Shown here piece by piece: positions 1 through 567 of a stretch of 567 nucleotides of DNA; the stretch's first letter is position 1, and each line of letters starts with the position of its first letter. A model generated the notes under the pieces. That model saw only the letters and a program-made list of their open reading frames with translations. It had not been told where the DNA came from and made no database searches. Source of the DNA: Candidatus Hydrogenedens sp. (lineage in GTDB: Bacteria; Hydrogenedentota; Hydrogenedentia; Hydrogenedentales; Hydrogenedentaceae); the NCBI GenBank assembly GCA_049968235.1, contig JBMFRC010000060.1:1-567 (forward strand), given 5' to 3'. A program made the position numbers and the translations under genes.

Positions 1-316
1 ATGTTTTACCGATATATTTAAGATTCACGGCATGCGTCTTGTATTTCTTGGGTACCCCTGGATTTTCATAAATTTCTCCGATAGGCTCCACCTCATACAC
101 TTCAGTTCCGTAAGTTATGTATGCAAGTATATCTTTCCCCGAAAAATAAATTCCGCCCGGTGCGCAGTCGCCTGATGGATAGAACGGCATAATATCCTCA
201 TTATACCCTTCTTTGTATATTAAACCGTTATGTCCTCTTGGGTCAACGATTTTGAAGAATTTTAATTCTTTTCCTTTTTTTGTTTTTGTTTTTGTTGTTT
301 TTGTTGCTGTTTCCAT
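1..316 (-). CDS. Ankyrin-repeat-family protein, N-terminal conserved module. It resembles the N-terminal domain shared by Mimiviridae ankyrin-repeat paralogs. The CDS is partial: the start codon is inside the window and the 3' end runs off the left edge.
   Basis: The reverse complement from 316 downward reads ATG GAA ACA GCA ACA AAA ..., an open frame for 105 codons to the window edge. Translation: METATKTTKTKTKKGKELKFFKIVDPRGHNGLIYKEGYNEDIMPFYPSGDCAPGGIYFSGKDILAYITYGTEVYEVEPIGEIYENPGVPKKYKTHAVNLKYIGKT. An in-frame TAA sits 3 codons upstream of this ATG (minus-strand ...aat aaa TAA aaa gct ATG), and the only other in-frame upstream ATG runs into a stop. The start is therefore well defined. 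The coding part is clearly richer in G+C than the flanking spacer. The motif GGIYFSGKDILAYITYGTEVYEVEP matches, from memory, the 'NGLHFTDIxNIFxYLxYGxYLREVxLP' N-terminal signature of Mimivirus and Megavirus ankyrin proteins. Confidence 0.75.
   Translation of the reverse strand, partial: METATKTTKTKTKKGKELKFFKIVDPRGHNGLIYKEGYNEDIMPFYPSGDCAPGGIYFSGKDILAYITYGTEVYEVEPIGEIYENPGVPKKYKTHAVNLKYIGKT
275..309 (-). repeat. Imperfect hexanucleotide microsatellite, (TTTTTG)n on the + strand and (CAAAAA)n on the minus strand. It lies inside the 5' end of the CDS and encodes a Thr/Lys-rich low-complexity tail.
   Basis: Perfect tttttg units sit at 277..282, 283..288, 289..294 and 298..303, interrupted by ttg/ctg triplets. 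On the coding strand this reads ACA GCA ACA AAA ACA ACA AAA ACA AAA ACA AAA AAA, giving T-A-T-K-T-T-K-T-K-T-K-K. The 6-nt unit is a multiple of 3, so slippage would change the tail length without shifting the frame. Confidence 0.7.
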
Positions 317-431
317 AGCTTTTTATTTTTATAAGTTTAGCATTATTAATTACACTGCAAATATATATATATTCTTTTTCTATTTGCAACTTTATTTTGT
401 TAAAAAAATGTTAAAAATATTAAAAATAAAA
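317..431 (-). promoter_or_regulatory. Extremely AT-rich intergenic spacer between the two minus-strand genes. It is the presumed promoter and 5'UTR region for the downstream ankyrin-domain gene.
   Basis: The spacer is 115 nt with only about 16 G/C by my count (about 14% G+C), against much higher G+C in the flanking coding sequence. It contains an (AT)6 TATA-like run at 361..372, about 45-55 nt upstream of the ATG. It contains a tandem ttaaaaat direct repeat at 411..418 and 420..427. The minus-strand sequence AAAATAAAGTTGCAAA (complement of 383..398) lies about 70-80 nt upstream of the ATG. No exact Mimivirus early motif AAAATTGA is present. Confidence 0.4.
361..372. repeat. (AT)6 dinucleotide repeat in the intergenic spacer. 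It could be a TATA-like promoter element.
   Basis: atatatatatat is seen directly at 361..372. It lies 45-56 nt upstream of the minus-strand ATG (316). Confidence 0.5.
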
Positions 432-457
432 AATAAGTAGGGATATCCCTACTTATT
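432..457 (-). terminator. Perfect 26-bp palindrome (aataagtagggatatccctacttatt). It can form a hairpin of at least 10 bp at the 3' end of the upstream ankyrin gene. It is a candidate Mimiviridae-type hairpin transcript-termination and polyadenylation signal, or alternatively an intrinsic terminator.
   Basis: Positions 432..444 are the exact reverse complement of 445..457; the pairing breaks at 431/458 (a/c). The TAG stop (complement of 449..451) lies inside the 3' arm. On the minus strand the palindrome is followed directly by ttttattttta (complement of 421..431). The + strand downstream (cattgcatc) is not T-rich, so the element is oriented for minus-strand transcripts. Confidence 0.6.
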
Positions 458-567
458 CATTGCATCTAAAAGCTTAATAACATCCTCGTGTTTGTATGTT
501 TCAGCCCAATTGCGTATATATTGTACGTCTGCCCCCGCATCAATTAGCAGCTTAACAACGTCTGTGT
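449..567 (-). CDS. Ankyrin repeat protein, C-terminal end. The CDS is partial: its 5' end lies beyond the right edge, and the TAG stop is complementary to 449..451.
   Basis: The reverse complement of 449..565 translates without stops to TDVVKLLIDAGADVQYIRNWAETYKHEDVIKLLDAMNK*. 'TDVVKLLIDAGADV' is the canonical second helix and loop of an ankyrin repeat (xxVVKLLLEaGADvN). 'HEDVIKLL' is a degenerate terminal half-repeat. The gene is co-oriented with the downstream gene, and the stop codon is embedded in the palindrome. Confidence 0.8.
   Translation of the reverse strand, partial: TDVVKLLIDAGADVQYIRNWAETYKHEDVIKLLDAMNK

Noticed and set aside
383-398. Possible Mimivirus early promoter octamer (AAAATTGA) upstream of the 1..316 gene.
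   Set aside because: Only a 6/8 match is present (AAAGTTGC on the minus strand). That is too weak to call in a region that is about 86% A+T.
213-440. The only ORF on the supplied track, + strand, 75 aa (MYIKPLCPLGSTILKNFNSFPFFVFVFVVFVAVSIAFYFYKFSIINYTANIYIFFFYLQLYFVKKMLKILKIKNK).
   Set aside because: It is extremely low-complexity and Phe-rich, produced by reading the (TTTTTG)n repeat and the AT-rich spacer. Its first 100 nt are antisense to a well-supported minus-strand CDS with a recognisable conserved domain. The rest runs through the roughly 14% G+C intergenic spacer. It is almost certainly a spurious ORF.
441-450. The gggatatccc core of the palindrome contains an EcoRV site (GATATC) and could be taken as a restriction or protein-binding site of interest.
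   Set aside because: A 6-bp palindromic site at the centre of a longer palindrome is expected by construction. There is no independent evidence of functional significance.
432-457. Interpretation of the palindrome as a classical bacterial rho-independent terminator.
   Set aside because: It cannot be excluded, since the stem is followed by a T-tract on the coding strand. However, the stem is AT-rich, it has no defined loop, and it overlaps the stop codon, which fits the Mimiviridae hairpin 3' end signal better. I keep it as the alternative reading within the terminator feature rather than as a separate call.
1-567. Any CRISPR array, tRNA or rRNA, mobile element ends, or a novel multi-gene defence or secretion system.
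   Set aside because: I found no repeat-spacer periodicity, no cloverleaf-compatible segments and no inverted terminal repeats apart from the single 26-bp palindrome. The window holds only two partial ankyrin-family genes and one spacer, which is too little to support a system-level claim.

Overview
The window has two tandem genes on the minus strand, separated by a very AT-poor-in-GC (about 14% G+C by my count) spacer. Both genes are cut by the window edges.

The upstream gene occupies + coordinates 449..567 and has lost its 5' end. It ends in a textbook ankyrin-repeat C-terminus, ...TDVVKLLIDAGADVQYIRNWAETYKHEDVIKLLDAMNK*. Its TAG stop lies inside a perfect 26-bp palindrome (432..457), and a T-rich tract follows on the coding strand.

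The downstream gene starts at the ATG whose complement is at 314..316 and runs off the left edge. It encodes a Thr/Lys low-complexity N-terminus specified by an in-frame (ACAAAA)n repeat. A domain follows with two G-x-I-Y motifs (NGLIYKEGYN ... GGIYFSGKDILAYITYGTEVYEVEP). From memory this matches the conserved N-terminal module of Mimiviridae ankyrin-repeat paralogs (the 'GLhFTdi.nif.yl.yG..lReV.lP' pattern).

Three signals point the same way: a hairpin exactly at the 3' end of the gene (the Mimivirus 'hairpin rule' for polyadenylation), an extremely AT-rich intergenic region, and tandem ankyrin paralogs. The window therefore most likely comes from a giant virus (Mimiviridae or Klosneuvirus-like) or a similarly AT-rich amoeba-associated genome. 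An AT-rich bacterium with an intrinsic terminator is the main alternative.

The only ORF on the supplied track (+ 213..440) is a low-complexity antisense and intergenic artefact. I see no support for a novel multi-gene system in this window, which holds only two partial genes and one spacer. The points worth a second look are the palindrome overlapping the stop codon, the repeat-encoded T/K tail and the promoter architecture.
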